Positions 28,373 through 42,248 of a stretch of DNA of 64,000 bases are shown here, piece by piece (position 1 is the stretch's first letter; each line of letters starts with the position of its first letter). Origin of the DNA: Mobula hypostoma (taxonomy: Eukaryota); NCBI RefSeq assembly GCF_963921235.1, contig NC_086097.1:91700001-91764000 (forward strand), given 5' to 3'. The translations under genes were made by a program, and so were the position numbers. The notes below the pieces were generated by a model. The model did no database searches, was not told where the DNA came from, and saw only the letters and a list, made by a program, of their open reading frames with translations.

Positions 28373-31300
28373 GTCCATCACTTTGAAACAGTCCTTGAAT
28401 CATCTACTCATAATTTCACTCCATTTACCCATGATCTTAACTACAGGTCTGTGCAGAATAGAAATGGCTCAACCTATCCATGGCAATCACAATGCCTATC
28501 TAATCTAAGTCCATTTGCCCACATTAGGCCCATATTTTTCAACTCCTTTCCTATCCAAGTACTAGTCTAAATGTTCTTTAAACATTGTAATTGTATGTAA
28601 ATCTACCATTTTCTCAACTTGCTCCTCAGATGATCTTTAACTTTCTCCCTTCTAACCCTTAACCTATGCCCTCCAGTTACAGACTCCTTCCACCCTAGAT
28701 TTTTCCTATTTACTCTATCTAGGCCCAACACTTTTATAAAAGTCTCTAAGATATTATTGCTGCATAATTTCATATTTTTTTATAATTCCCAGGATATGGC
28801 CTCTAATTGGCAATGCCACCCTAAACTGATCAGACAACAAGTTCGATTTAATAGAGTGTTTTATTTAATCACAATGGACTGTTGAGCCCCATTAATGTGG
28901 GACAAGTAGAATTTTCAGCGACTATAGCTTGAGTGGGGCCATCTTCCATCTCGGCAAATCTCTGACCAAAATCAGTTGGGTGCTTATGACAAAACCAAGG
29001 GGATGGAAATTTCACATAAGTAACCATAAGGGCTTGAACACAAAATATTTCTTTGTTGCAATTGGGTATTCCACCTCTGCATTACACTACCACCAGTTAA
29101 ACCACTCAACACTACAGGGAGTTACTACAGTGTTCCACTTTCTGTCTAACATTTCTTACCATGATTACCAGACAAAGAATTGAATTGACAAGTTGAACCG
29201 CTAAAGAGATTATTCAAATTAACATTATGTGCATATTAATTTGGCTTTCTTGCACAAAGTCTCACTTAGTAATCTTTTGATAATTTGTTTAATAGGCACC
29301 AGAAGTAAAATATTTGCAGTTGAGACAAAACTCCATTTCTCATAACCTAACGCATTTCACCACAAAATGCACACATGCCTTCAAGCGCATATTACAAGCT
29401 CAAGATTCTGGAATAGAAACTGAATCTGGCCCTTAGAGTCAACAGTGAGAATGGTACCTACTGCATTACGGCTGATATTTAATTGTATGACAGATCTGCA
29501 TTTCCGTTTCTGAACTAATCCTCGGTGCTTAGCTGGCATTTGCAGTGTCTAAAAGAAAGCCAAACAGCAGAGTAAGACCCTACAGATAATCCCTCATAGA
29601 TCATCAGATGATCACCACATGGTGACTGACAGTGTTATAATCCTTTCTAATCCCCTCTCAATGTTGATAACATCAAGTCATTGTAATGAATCTAACTGCT
29701 CAGAATTGAGAAGTGAACTGTCATAATGCAGATCATTCAGGAACTTTATTGGAAACAAACAAAACAAGATGATTGCGGTTTAATTAGAGGGAAACTATCT
29801 GGTGCCTTCACACCTGATCACTGACCACTAATTCCTTCATGAAGGATCAAACAGCATGTGCAGGTGAAGGCATGTGTGCAAATGTTATATTGTGTTTAAT
29901 CCGGATAAGTATTAAATTTGTCTACAATTGAGCATCCTCTTGATAAACAGTGACTATTTCACACATAAGTAATCTTAAGGGATAGGACTCACCAATCTGG
30001 ACCAAATACACCACAGCAGAGTTGGCAGAATGCTGGTGATTAGGTCGGTATGTTTGAGAAAATTAATGTAGATAAAATCTCTCAATTATAAATGCATAAC
30101 CAAGACTCCCAGATGAGAATGGCTGCAGAATGGGGTCTGTTTGCTGAAATAATACTCTCTTTCAAACGAAGTAGCACTATTGACATCTTTGGACAATATT
30201 GAGTTTTATCTCTCCAAAAGAGAAAAAAATGGACTATTAATGACTAATTTTACTCTGGGAACTGGAGGGCTCACATCAGATACACGTGTGCATCCTAGTG
30301 CCAACTTTCCAGTTTTGTTTCATTCCCAGACACAAATAACTGAGAAATTATATGGCATTTTTATGCCAAGAGGAATAGCACATCAATTCTGACTAAGATA
30401 ACATCAATTCCACTTCCCATTCACACTCTGATATGTCCGTCCATCACCTCCTCTACTGTCGCAATGAGGTAGAAAGACTTAGTAGGTAAGAGAGCATCTA
30501 TGGGCAGAAACAATTTCAGTCTGTTGATATTTTGTCTTGTTTTTAAATTTTCTCTTCATACTTACATCATCTGGTCTATTTTCTATGAATTATACAAAAC
30601 TTTGATTTTTAAAAATTTTAAGTCTGTTGGAGCAGTCCAAAAGTACCACCAATTTTTGCTTGAACTCAATCTCCTTTCTTTAAAAAAGGTTTTTAAATCA
30701 AACTGGTTCTAGGTATTTTCACACACGCTTCCTTAGGGTGAAAGATTAATTGGTATTTTTGTCACTTTCATGGTCCTCACCAAAGAATATGGATGTTATG
30801 CCAAGGAAATTATGATGCAAATCCATACCCCATAGTTCAATCTTTTGGTATTCAAAATCTCCTTCATTGCCTCTTGTTTTATATGCAAATGCTCATTTCA
30901 GGATATGTCCATATTTCATACATGACTAAATCTGCAATAATGACCAGATATAACAGTAGCTTTGCTGATCAAAGTTGGTGAGCTAGAGTAGCTGAATTGA
31001 CAAGTTTACATTGCATATGTGAATAATGGAATCAATTCAATTTGTACAAATCATTTCATCTTTTCCTCCGCACCTTATTAGAACCTACTGTAGTTTCTTG
31101 CCATTTCTAGAACATAGTTCACAGAAGCAAGACTCTCTCGTGCTATACTCTTGGACAGCTGTGTGTAGACGGAGCCTTTGACCTTGCCAGTAGCAATGTT
31201 GCACTACTCCCAAAGTGCTGACTTGTGCACTATTAAGGCATTACTGCAATATTACAGAATTATTCAATGGAAGACGTTCCATACCACAAACATGCAGACA

Positions 31301-31609
31301 GCAAGCAAATTGTGCAAGTATTCAAAATACTTAGGACATTTACCACCCATAAGACGCAAAGTATGAATTAACCCAAGAGCTTGTTTCAATGAAAAATAAA
31401 GAAGCAGTATTATAAACAACATAAACATTAATGGTGATACCTGGAAGAGCTTTGCTTTTATTTGTTCACTTATCCATTTATCTCCCTGCCATCACTGTAG
31501 TAACTCCTTAACTTCAGCTATAACCATTTTCATTTAGTGTTACTGGGCTATTCTTAAATTGATGTGCATAATGTTCCATGTAATATTTATGAAGGTTCTA
31601 TCTATTAAA

Positions 31610-31840
31610 CAGAGATCCTGCCTGAAGTGAAAATATTTGGAAGAACAGCCTAGGATTTCAACCCAATGCCTTAGCCAATATTTATCCTTCAACTAACAAA
31701 CTGATTATCTGCTCAATATCAAATTGCTGTTTATGGGGACTTGCCAGGCCAAGTTACAACAGTGACTATATTTCGAAGTACTTCAATAGCTGCAAAGCAG
31801 GTTAGGTTGTTGAGATCATGAAAGGCACTGTACAGATTTT
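31610..31840 (+). repeat. Ancient DeuSINE (SacSINE1/AmnSINE-like) remnant
   Basis: gccaatatttatccttcaac..gattatctg..ttgctgttt..ttacaacagtgacta matches the recalled Deu-SINE consensus. Confidence 0.55.
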
Positions 31841-34800
31841 TTTTCCAATTTACACTAAAACGGAGAAGTGGAGGAACTCAGCAGGTCAAACAGCATCTGC
31901 ACACGTTTCAATTTGAAGTCTCTATCAGCACTAGGAACATTTGCTTCACCCTATCCCCTACCAAGCTCTGTACACACACTACCACTAAGCTCCATCTTCC
32001 CATTATTCCCTCCCCATCTGGTTCCATCTTTAATCTACCAGCTTCTATCACGTCTTCTCTCATACATGGCAAAACTACTTCTTTCCCCTCAGTACTGATT
32101 CAGGGTCTTACTCCTGTTGCCTGCAAAGAAGCTGCTTGAATGGCTGAGTTCTACCAGTCTGCTTTTTGTTTGTTTCATATCTCAGCATCTTCAGTCTCTT
32201 CATGTATCGTTTTAAGTATCTTCTGCATGATGATGAGTATAACAGAAAATAAGAGCCATGTCAACCTCCCTCAGCTGCTGAGCCATTTTAAGTTGCTTCA
32301 CAAAAGAAATCAGATACCATCTCTCTGATGACATGCTCCATATGTCTTAACACTAAGAAAAATGATCACATTTTGGGTGTACTGTTACAAATACCAATCT
32401 CCGTCTTGCTAAGTCTTGAATGGAGTTTATATATACACATGTACTTTTCTGCAAGGTCACCAGATAAGAACTCCGTTTCACCACCCCCTTCCCGCCCCCT
32501 CCCACAATCCAGACAATAGCACCCATAACTGACATTATTCTGACACGTTAGCATGCTCAGTACAAATCCAAAACTGAACCCCATACTTCTAATGCATGCT
32601 GATTTGTAGTGTATTCACCCTGTCTACTAAAGTAGCTGGATCAGAATTATTTACAGAATGTTGAAATGTTGCTAATAGTGAACCTCGCACATGCAGAAAT
32701 AAACTGAGTTTACAATGTAAACGCAGTCAAGGTTCTTGACAAGAATACCCTTATAACTAAGTAAAACATATCCTTTATCTGATAAAAGCAGTGCTACAGG
32801 AATATAAGAGCTGTGCTTTGTTAAAAAGCATTTGTACAAAGCCTCCAAGGTTTCTGTCTTTCTAGGATATTCACTTGCTCCATATATCAAATTACTGTTG
32901 CCAACAAACCCACACCAACATTTTAGGCAATCAATTATAATTCGAAATTGGAGTACGGGTTTACTTTGCAGAAGACAGAGTGTTTTACACTGGTAATTGC
33001 CAAATATTCTACCTCCAGTTTAGGAGCACAATGAAGATGCAGCATTTCTCAGCTGTTATTCCCAAGTCACATGAAAAAAATCAGATGACAGCCTACTGGT
33101 CTTCTAATGGGCCCAACTTTTGGCAAACGAAATACAATGAGGAGATAAATGCAAGGACGGCTTCACAAGCCTCATAATTCCTGCTTTCTACTCCTGGATC
33201 TTGCACATTGGTAAGAAGGTAGCAACTAGGATGTTAGCCTTTAATGTACCGAGTCAGAGCACAAAAGAAATAAAATTAGAGTTTTGGGAGGAACTTCTTT
33301 CGTGTGCACCAGAGCTCCATACAGCTAAAGATAGTGTGGATTCTCAGGGTTAATTCTTGAGTTAATTGGGGTAACCCTATAAGGAGGGGATTTGCCTAAC
33401 CACAGGTTTAGGGAATGAATTCATTAAAATTTACAGAGATTCCTCCATTCTGTATATAAGTTAGAATTTAAGCTTCCAGTGACCAGTTATTAGGGCACAT
33501 TCTGGAGTTAACTTATATAGAAAATGTTAACTTCAGCAACCTATTTTCAGCACCTTTTATTTGTCTAAGCACAGAAGTCAAAGTGGAATTCAATGATTTT
33601 TCTGGTTACCGACATCCCTCATTTGTGTTATAATGGATTGGTTCTGTCACAAAGCCACCAACCAGTAATACTAAACGAATCTTTTTCTCTCTACAGATAC
33701 TCCAGTATTAGCTTTTGTTTCAGATTTCCAGCAACTGCTAGATTATGCATCTCACAATTTCAATTTTTTTTGTTCCTTTTCTTCCTCTGCCAGGATTGCA
33801 AGCAGGAAAACCTTGGTTTCACCCCCATCTCCACCCCTCTCCCTCTGCAACTTAAAACATTTGTTTTTTTTTCACTCTTCCAATTCTGATGAAAAGGCTA
33901 TTGACTATGTTTCTCTCTCACAGATGCTGCCTGAGTTGCTAATTATTTCCAACATTTTCTATTTTTGTTGGAAAATTCTAAAAGAATTGTAAAGGTAAAG
34001 GGTGAATAGTTGATTCAACCAGCTGGAGTCATAGCTTCTAAAAATAGCAGCCACGGCCTCAAGGTAAGCAAATTATGATTTAAAATTGAGATAGAAACAC
34101 TTCTCCACAGAGAAGGTTATAAATTGTTGGATTTCTCCTAGGGCTCTGGATGCTAAGAAATTCAAGGTTTTGACATTCTGAGGATATAGTTACAGAACGA
34201 CAAAGTGGACTTGAGGCACAAGATCAACCATGATCTCATTAAACAGCAGAGTAAGCTAAAGAGATGCAAGTCCTATGCCAGGTTCCATTCTTTGGGCCCT
34301 TGTCCATTAACTCTAACCAATGACTGCAACAGCTGCTATGCACCTCTGACTCAAACAGTTGGAAATAACATGGAGATGCAAGGCACATACAATATGCAAC
34401 AGTATAATGCCAATGTTGGGCTAGGTAGGATGAATTTTAAATATATTCCATGCATAAGCCTTAGCATGTTGAAAGAAAGTTAAGTCTATTAGGTAAAAAT
34501 CAAAAAGACCCAGGGGTTGAAGCAACCTTGTAGTTACAGCAGTAATTACAATTCTTATACTGATGTTTAAAATATGAGAAAGAACAGTAGTAACTAAACC
34601 ACACAAGAAAGTGATGGGAAGAAAAGGGTGTTAAGATCAACAAAATAATACAGGTCTAACAACTCGAAGGCCACATGGAATAGACTGGCAAACTTCAATA
34701 GATCTGTTGCTAGGATTTTAGGGAAACATAATGGTGGACATTTGAGACTGTTGTAATACATCCGATTGAAGTGTGAAATATGCATCCAGCAGTACAATTA

Positions 34801-35718
34801 TTGATAGTGTTCTTCCAAAATTTGTCTCAATAGAATGTTGAAGTGATTGATTTCTACTTGTTAGGGCAAGCCGAACTGAAGTTGATGAAGTAAAACAATA
34901 TAAGCAGAATGCTTAACACACAATATTGGAGTTTGATCATTGGTGTATCGTGACAAATATTACAATAAAACAAATCTTACACACACACACACATATACTA
35001 TATATATAGTTCATCATGTCAAACTGTCAAGGTACTCCCTGTTGAAAGAGTTTGATCAGGAAGTGATTTCTCCTCGGAAGGCTGCTGGGTTTGAGTCACT
35101 CTCCTCGGAAAGCCTCTGTGTTCAAGCGCTGGCTCTCCTTGATGCTGTTGGAGGATGTTATCGAAGTTCTGATATTTATGTGATTACTGGTGTGGACTGT
35201 AGTTCAAATTAACTTAGTTCATGTTGATCTCCTTCAGTTTTCTGTGTATTCTTTCTCGCTGCCAATTGGCACGTTGGGGGTCTGCAGTTTTCAGTACTTG
35301 TTGCCATTTTCCAGGTGGACGATACGTTAGATTTTGTGCGGAGGGGGCGTTGGAGGCTTGGGGTTTGCGAGTTTTGGGGTTTTTTCTTGTGCGGGGGTTT
35401 AATGTCTTTCCTTCAACAACTTGCATGGTTTTCTTTGTTTCGTGGCTACCTGGAGAAGATGAATCTCAGAGCTGTATACTACAGACATACCTTGATAACA
35501 AAATGAACCTTTGAAGTGACTAGTTCTGTAGCCAAACATAATAACAAATTTGTACACAGCAAAAGCACAGTCACAATGCAATGTTTAGCCAAGTACTTCT
35601 TTTAGGAACAGAAGGTTTATTGAAGTGGCATTCAAACGTGGGAGCCCAAGTAGTAATCAACAAGAGTCAGAGTTGTAAGCACAGAAATAGCCCCTTCAGC
35701 CCACCACATCCATGCCAA

Positions 35719-36003
35719 GATGAGGAAATCTGCAGGTGCTAGAATTTCAAGCAACACGCATAAAAGTTGCTGGTGAACGCAGCAAGCTAGGCAGCATCTC
35801 TAGGAAGAGGTACAGTCGACGTTTCGGGCCGAGACCCTTCGTCGGGACTAACTGAAAGAAGAGCTAGTAAGAGATTCTCTTACTCTTACTAGGTCTTCTT
35901 TCAGTTAGTCCTGACGAAGGGTCTCGGCCCAAAACGTCGACTGTACCTCTTCCTAGAGATGCTGCCCGGCCCGCTGCGTTCACCAGCAACTTTTATGTGC
36001 GTT
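35719..36003. mobile_element. Fold-back Penelope mini-element (inverted terminal-repeat pair) with 13-bp TSD
   Basis: ACATCCATGCCAA at 35706-18 and 36004-16. Arms at about 35753-35874 and 35877-36003 are reverse complements, each with a hammerhead motif. Confidence 0.9.
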
Positions 36004-36659
36004 ACATCCATGCCAATCTTTTTGCACATTTACGAGTTCCATTTGCCCACATTAAATCCATACCCTTCCATGCCTTGCCTAATGTCTCTTCATATAGCAA
36101 ATGTGTACCCTCCGCCACCTCCTCTGGTAGCAAGTTACAGATAACAGCTACTCTCCTTTTCCATTCAAATGTCCTTTAAACTCCTCCTTTTATCATTAAC
36201 CTATGCCCTCTTGTTTTTGATATCCCTATTATACAAGAAAGATTCCAGTCCTATCTATACCCCCTATAAATTTGATGTACATTTATCAAGTCACCGCTCA
36301 GCCTTTTTCACTCAAGGGAAAACTAGCCCAGCCTATCCAATCTCTCTCCATAATTAAATTCTTCCGATCCAGGTAACATCATAGTCAATCTCCTCAGCAC
36401 TCTCTGCATCGCAAGCACATCCTTCCTATGGTGTAGTGATTAGAACAACGCACACTTTTGTTTTATGTTTTGTAAAGTTTTAATGTAGGGTCTGAAATTT
36501 TATATTCTCTGCCCAGACTTCAGAAAGAAAATATGCCATATGATTTCTTTACAACCTTTCCTATCAACGTTGCCACTTTCAGAGAACTATGAATTTGAAT
36601 AGCAGGTCCTAGAGGTCATCAACATTCCTTAAGGCTCTACCATATGTTCTACCTTTTCT

Positions 36660-37410
36660 TCAAGATTCAAGATTGTTTAATGTCATTTCTAGTACAAAAG
36701 TATAAAGGATAACAAAATAATTGTTACTCTGGATCTGTTGCACAACAAAAAACAATAAGATAAAGAACACAATAAAAATAAATAAAAAAGCTTATATACA
36801 GTACATAGATTGATTACATGTCCATAAATTGACACTAGGCACAGGAGCGCCTGTACATAAGGTGATTGACAGGAAATGATGAAGTAATGGTGGAGGGGTG
36901 TGGGTGTGGTGGCATGGCTTAATGGGTGGAGGTGTTGATCAGCTTTGCTGTTTGGGGAAAGTAACTATTTTTGAGTCTGGGGGTCTACATATCCTCCACC
37001 CCAATGGGAGTGGAACAAACAGTCCATAAAGGGTGGGTAGGATCTTTCATGAGGTTGCTGGCCTTTTTCTGGCACCTTTCTATATTTATGTCCTTCATGG
37101 CAGGTAGGCTGGTGCCAGTCATGTGTTGAGCAGTTTTGATATCTAGAGCCTTCCTGCCTGTTACAGTGCAGTTTCCCTACCATGCAGTGATGCAGAATAG
37201 TAGAATGCTCTCTGCCACACATCTTTAGAATGGCATGAGTATAGATGTGCATAGTCCAGTTCTCTTCAACCTCCACAGAAAGCAGAGGCGTTGGTAAGCT
37301 TCACTGACCGTGTGGAATGTGTTCTGAGACCATGAGAGGTTGTGTGAGATGTGCACTTTCAGGAGTTTGAAAATGCTCACTGTTTCCACTACTGTGGTGC
37401 CAATGTAAAG
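36660..37410 (-). mobile_element. Rex1/Babar-like LINE 3' fragment
   Basis: Minus-strand VETVSIFKLL..NLSWSQNT..QRLCFLWRLK; tail caagattcaagatt on the plus strand. Confidence 0.7.
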
Positions 37411-38823
37411 AGGTATGTTCTCCCAAAATGTATCACCTTGCACTTTTTGAGATTAGATTCCATCTGCCAACACTTTACCCAGCTATCCATTTAATCTGTA
37501 TCCAGATGCTGCTTAGACAACCTTCCTTTCTATCCACATCAGCTGTCATGTCAACCACAAACATATTAATTGTACCTCCTATATTCGCATCCAAGTCATT
37601 AACGTATATCATAACAATTGAAGTCTCAGCAGCAATCCTTGAAGCACACCACTAGTCAGAATTTCAGCCTGAAAATGTATCTTTTACCCCCACTCTCGGC
37701 CTCCAATTTTGGATGAAATTGCCTTTGAATTCCATTTGCCATATTCTTCCTGATCAGTTTACCATGCAGGATCTTATCAAATGTCTTACTGAAGTCCATA
37801 TAGACAACATCTTTTGCTCTATCTATACAGATGTTCTTGAAAGCAGAATTCACAATGCATAGCTAGTAGTATGTCCCAAGTTCAATCCTAACATTCCACA
37901 GTTCCAGGGTCCTGTCACTTCCCAAACAAGTGTAAGTTGGGAGGTTAATTAGATGTTGTAAATAGTGTAAGTGAATGGCAGAATCTTGAGGGGAATGATG
38001 CAAATGTAGGAGAATAAAATGGATTAGTGTATTGCATGTGCAAATGGGTGCTTGATGCCCAGTGCAGACTTGGTGCACAAAAGGGCCTGTTTCTGCAGTG
38101 AATATGACATGTTCCTGATCTGTCAAAGACAAACTTAAACATGGATCTAACTCTTAATGATCACTTCATTATTCCTCTCTACTCCCCAGTTATCTCAAAA
38201 ATATAATTTCAGGAGATTTTAATCCCATCCCCAAATAGTAATCCTAGTAAAGTCCCATTACAACTAAAATTTCTGTACATTCTGTTTCCACCAAGCAAGT
38301 TGTTTGATGAATCTGTGAGTGGAAACATTTTCTAATGCCCATCTTAAAGCATCCAACACAAACATGAATATGAAGTCCATTGTTCAAGCTGTTATGTGCA
38401 AGAAATACTTTACATTTAATTCTATTTTGTTGCCTTTCTGAGTATCTAAAAAAATTCTGCTGAAACATCCTAACTAGACTGTCGGTTTAAGTCTCAATTC
38501 TAGCAGTTTGACTACAATCTCTTACCATTCTAATAATGTCTTCCCCTCATAAAGTCCACTAAATAATACAATCATTCCCCAAGCCCAACACAGTGGATGT
38601 AATTCTGCTTCATCTCATCTCCTTATGTAACCCAATATCTGAACATATCATCAGCTTGTACAGTTTATATTCAGGACTCTCAATTTTCAGCCACTTGTTT
38701 AGAATGTTCCAACCCACCTTAGATTCATTTATGCTTTCAATACATTATTTTTATCTATACCAATTTCTTAGACAGTTATTAACCAAGGTGTAAAACCTGC
38801 CATGCTCTATAAGCACTTGCCAC

Positions 38824-39433
38824 TTGACTAGAATATAAAAACAAGGATGTAATGTTGAGGCTTTATAAGGCACTAGTGAAGCCTCACTTGGAGTACTGTG
38901 CGCAGTTTTGGGCCCATTATCTAAGAAAGGATGTGCTGACATTGGAGATGGTTCAAAGGAGGCTCATGAAAATGATTCTGGGATTGAAAGGCTGATCATA
39001 TGAGGAGCGTTTGATGGATCTGGGCCTGTACTCAGAATTCAGAAGAATGGGGGTGGGGGGGTGGATCTCATTGATATCTATCAAATGTTGAAAGGCCGCG
39101 ATACAGTAGATGTGGGGAGGGAGTCTAAGACCAGAGGACATAGCCTCAGAATAGAGGGATGTCCACTTAGAAAAGAGATGAGGTGGAATTTCTTCAATGA
39201 GGTGGAATTTCTTCAACTGTGAATCTCTGCAATTAATTGCCAAAGGCAGCTGTGGAGACCAAGTCATTGGATATATTTAAGGCAGAAGTTGATAGGTTCT
39301 TGATTAGTCAGGGTATGAAGGGATACAGAGAGAAGGCAGGAGATCAGGGCTGAGAGGGAAATGGATCAGCCATGATGAAATTGTGCAGCAGACATGATGG
39401 GCCAAATTCTGCTCCTAGATCTTATGATCTTAT
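38824..39433 (+). mobile_element. CR1 3' fragment
   Basis: LRLYKALVKPHLEYCAQFWAHYLRKD; tail TCTTATGATCTTAT. Confidence 0.85.
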
Positions 39434-39961
39434 ATCCTGTATCTCCTTGGTTTCACCAACTTAGTGATATTCCTAGCTAAGTACCTTGTGAGTGATTACA
39501 GAGTGAAGCATTTAATTCATTAGCAGAACTGTTTTCTTTTCAATACTACTTGCATCAAGACATCTCAAAGTGCAAAGATGATAAAATATTCCCAGTTTCT
39601 CATTCAAGTCAATTTAATTTAAGAATGTGTATGGTGGCATATGTACTTGCTTTAGTATACCTTGAGAGATTCAAAACTACAGGGGAGGAATAATTCACTT
39701 CAATATCTGTATAGACAGCAGAAGCTTAGGTTTCAGTTCATTTCAGTCCAAGATGGACAGCGCTGAGCAATATTCACAATACAGAAGGATGCACGCTGGC
39801 ACTGCCTTTGCAGAGAAAAACCTGCAGAGGCATACAAGTGCTGTCCACTTGTCTGTGACCTTGTTATATAATTTTGAACATTCAGCACTGAGAGCTTGAC
39901 TGTGTGGTTTAAATATCTAAATTCAACTTTGTTTGCCCAGCCCACAATACTGTCTAAAATG

Positions 39962-41832
39962 TTTCTTTTTTTTTGTAATTTTTTAAATTGAATTTCATCA
40001 TCAAACAAACATCTCCATAAGATGTATTACAGATATTGTACATATATATCATATAATCATATTTGTCACAAATCTCCACATAATACTTATCTGAGGTATA
40101 TGCTTACAGTAAGGAGAGGAAAGAACGAACAATCAAAAGAAGAAAACTATGTACAGAGTAGGGAGTGGTCTTTTTCTTACAACATATCGCTGACTTGTGA
40201 GAATAAAATCAGGCCTATGAGGTGTTATGTAGTTAAACCATTTTTTCCGGTATGAATAAAATTGTTACAACTTATGATTAACAGATGCTGTTATCTTCTC
40301 CATTTTGTAAATGTCCATTGTAATTTCCATCCATGCATTTAAAGTTGGGCTCTCCTGTGATAACCATTTCCTGGTACCCGGTCACCATCAGTACATTAAT
40401 TAAATAATTATCTCTTTTCAACCATTCTTGAGGTATATGCCCAAAATATATGGTCTTACTCTCTAAGGGTATTTCACATTTAAAGATGTCTTGTAGGGCA
40501 TTACGTATCCCACTCCAATAGTCTTTGATAACAGGGCATTACCAGAAAATATGATAATGGTTTGCATTTTGATTTCCACAATTTCTCCAGCAAACAGGGG
40601 GGTTATCTTATCAAGTTCTTCCCACCCAAACTCCCTCCACTTCTGTGAACTAGTACACTTCCATTGATATCTCCATATTATTGTCCAGTTTTCCTCAGAT
40701 ATTATTATCCCTCCTTCCTTCTCCCATTTTGTTTTAATGTATGAAGTTGAATGTGTTTTAAGATTTGACATACCCCTTATACACGCTTGAAATTATTCTA
40801 CTACCATTGTCTGAATTATATGCTTTTCTAAATAGCTCTATCAGACATGTACTTGCCTTGGTTACATTTTTAACCGTCCTATTAACATACTGTCGCATCT
40901 ATAAATACTGGTAAAAGTCTTCTTTTTCTAATAAGTGTTTTTCTTTGAGCATTTCAAAACTGAACAGTGTTCCTTCTTTCATTATATTGCAAATAGCCGT
41001 TATTCCTTTAGCTGTCCAGTCCTTAAATCTAGCATCCAGTTTGTTTGGCGTAAAATCCGAGTCATATGCACACCATTTAAGAATTGCAATGTCTCTCTCC
41101 AGTTTATATTCTTCAATAATAGTTTTCCATATTTTAAGAGTCCATTTCACCCTTGAGTTGTCAATATTATTTATGTAACTTTGTATGTTGTTATCAGCCA
41201 AAATTGCCTGTATGGGGTTGGAAAGTATCCTCGCCTCAAAGTTTTTCCATTGAGTGCCATATGAAGGGTTGCACCAGCACATCATCGCTCTCAACTGTGC
41301 TGCAAAATAATAATCTCTAAGAGAAGGCAGGCCCCATCCCTCCTTTTCCTTGGCGAATTGCAAAGTTTTGAGACAAACCCTAGGCCTTTTACCTTGCTAT
41401 AAATATCTTGATAGCATCTTGTTCCATTCATGAATTGATTTCGGTTCATCTCTATTGGTAGGGTCTGAAAGAGATATAGTAGTCTGGGCAGTATATTCAT
41501 TTTAATAGATTCAATCCCTGAACTGAGACCAAGGAAAGGAATTAGGTTCCATCTTGTTATATCTTCCTTAATTTTATATATATATATATAGACTGATAAT
41601 TGCATTCTGATAATTTTGCCAAATCTTTTGGCATAATGATGCCCAAATATTTGATGGACTCTGCTTGCCATGCCCAAGGATATCTACTTTCAATTTCTCT
41701 TGGTTATCTATAGTTATATGAAAGTAGTTGGGTTTTATCTATGTTGATCTTGTATCCTGATAATTGGCCATATTGTTCAAAGGATTGCATCAATTTAGGT
41801 AAAGAATATGTTGTTTGCCCTAGATAGATCAA
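39962..41832 (-). mobile_element. L1-clade LINE, 5'-truncated ORF2 with A-rich tail and TSD
   Basis: IKMNILPRLLYLFQTLP, GWGLPSLRDYYFAAQL and a decayed C-terminal zinc knuckle. TSD TGTCTAAAATG at 39951-61 and 41833-43. T-rich tract at 39962-39985. Confidence 0.88.
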
Positions 41833-42248
41833 TGTCTAAAATGCTTCAGTGCAAATTTATGTTGTGAGAATCTAAAAATTTCAACAACTGCAAATCAGAA
41901 GTAGACACAGTCATCAAGAGATTTCTCACTTCCCTATCAATAACAAAGAATAAGGCATTTATCACATATTAAAAAATAAATAATTGAAATGAAGAGTGTC
42001 CTAACCCTGCCAAAGTGATTACATCACATTCATAGTGACTCTGATAAATTTTAGCCAGTTATTTTGGAGCACAATTTTTTATATATTTTCCAAAGATATA
42101 TTACTATTTAATTATTACAACACAGTACTCATCTTACATGTATTTTCTGGGACCATAGTGTAGCCCAGAAACAAGATTATCATTGTGGCTCCTATCTTTA
42201 TTCAATTAGGCTTCAATGGTTTCCATAAAACAGAAACTAATATTAGTC

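Noticed and set aside
29993..30143. Minus-strand segment bounded by tttcag and gtgagt (151-nt pseudo-exon)
   Set aside because: Stop codon in the PACS2 frame, no similarity to anything I recognise, and such site pairs are common in long introns.
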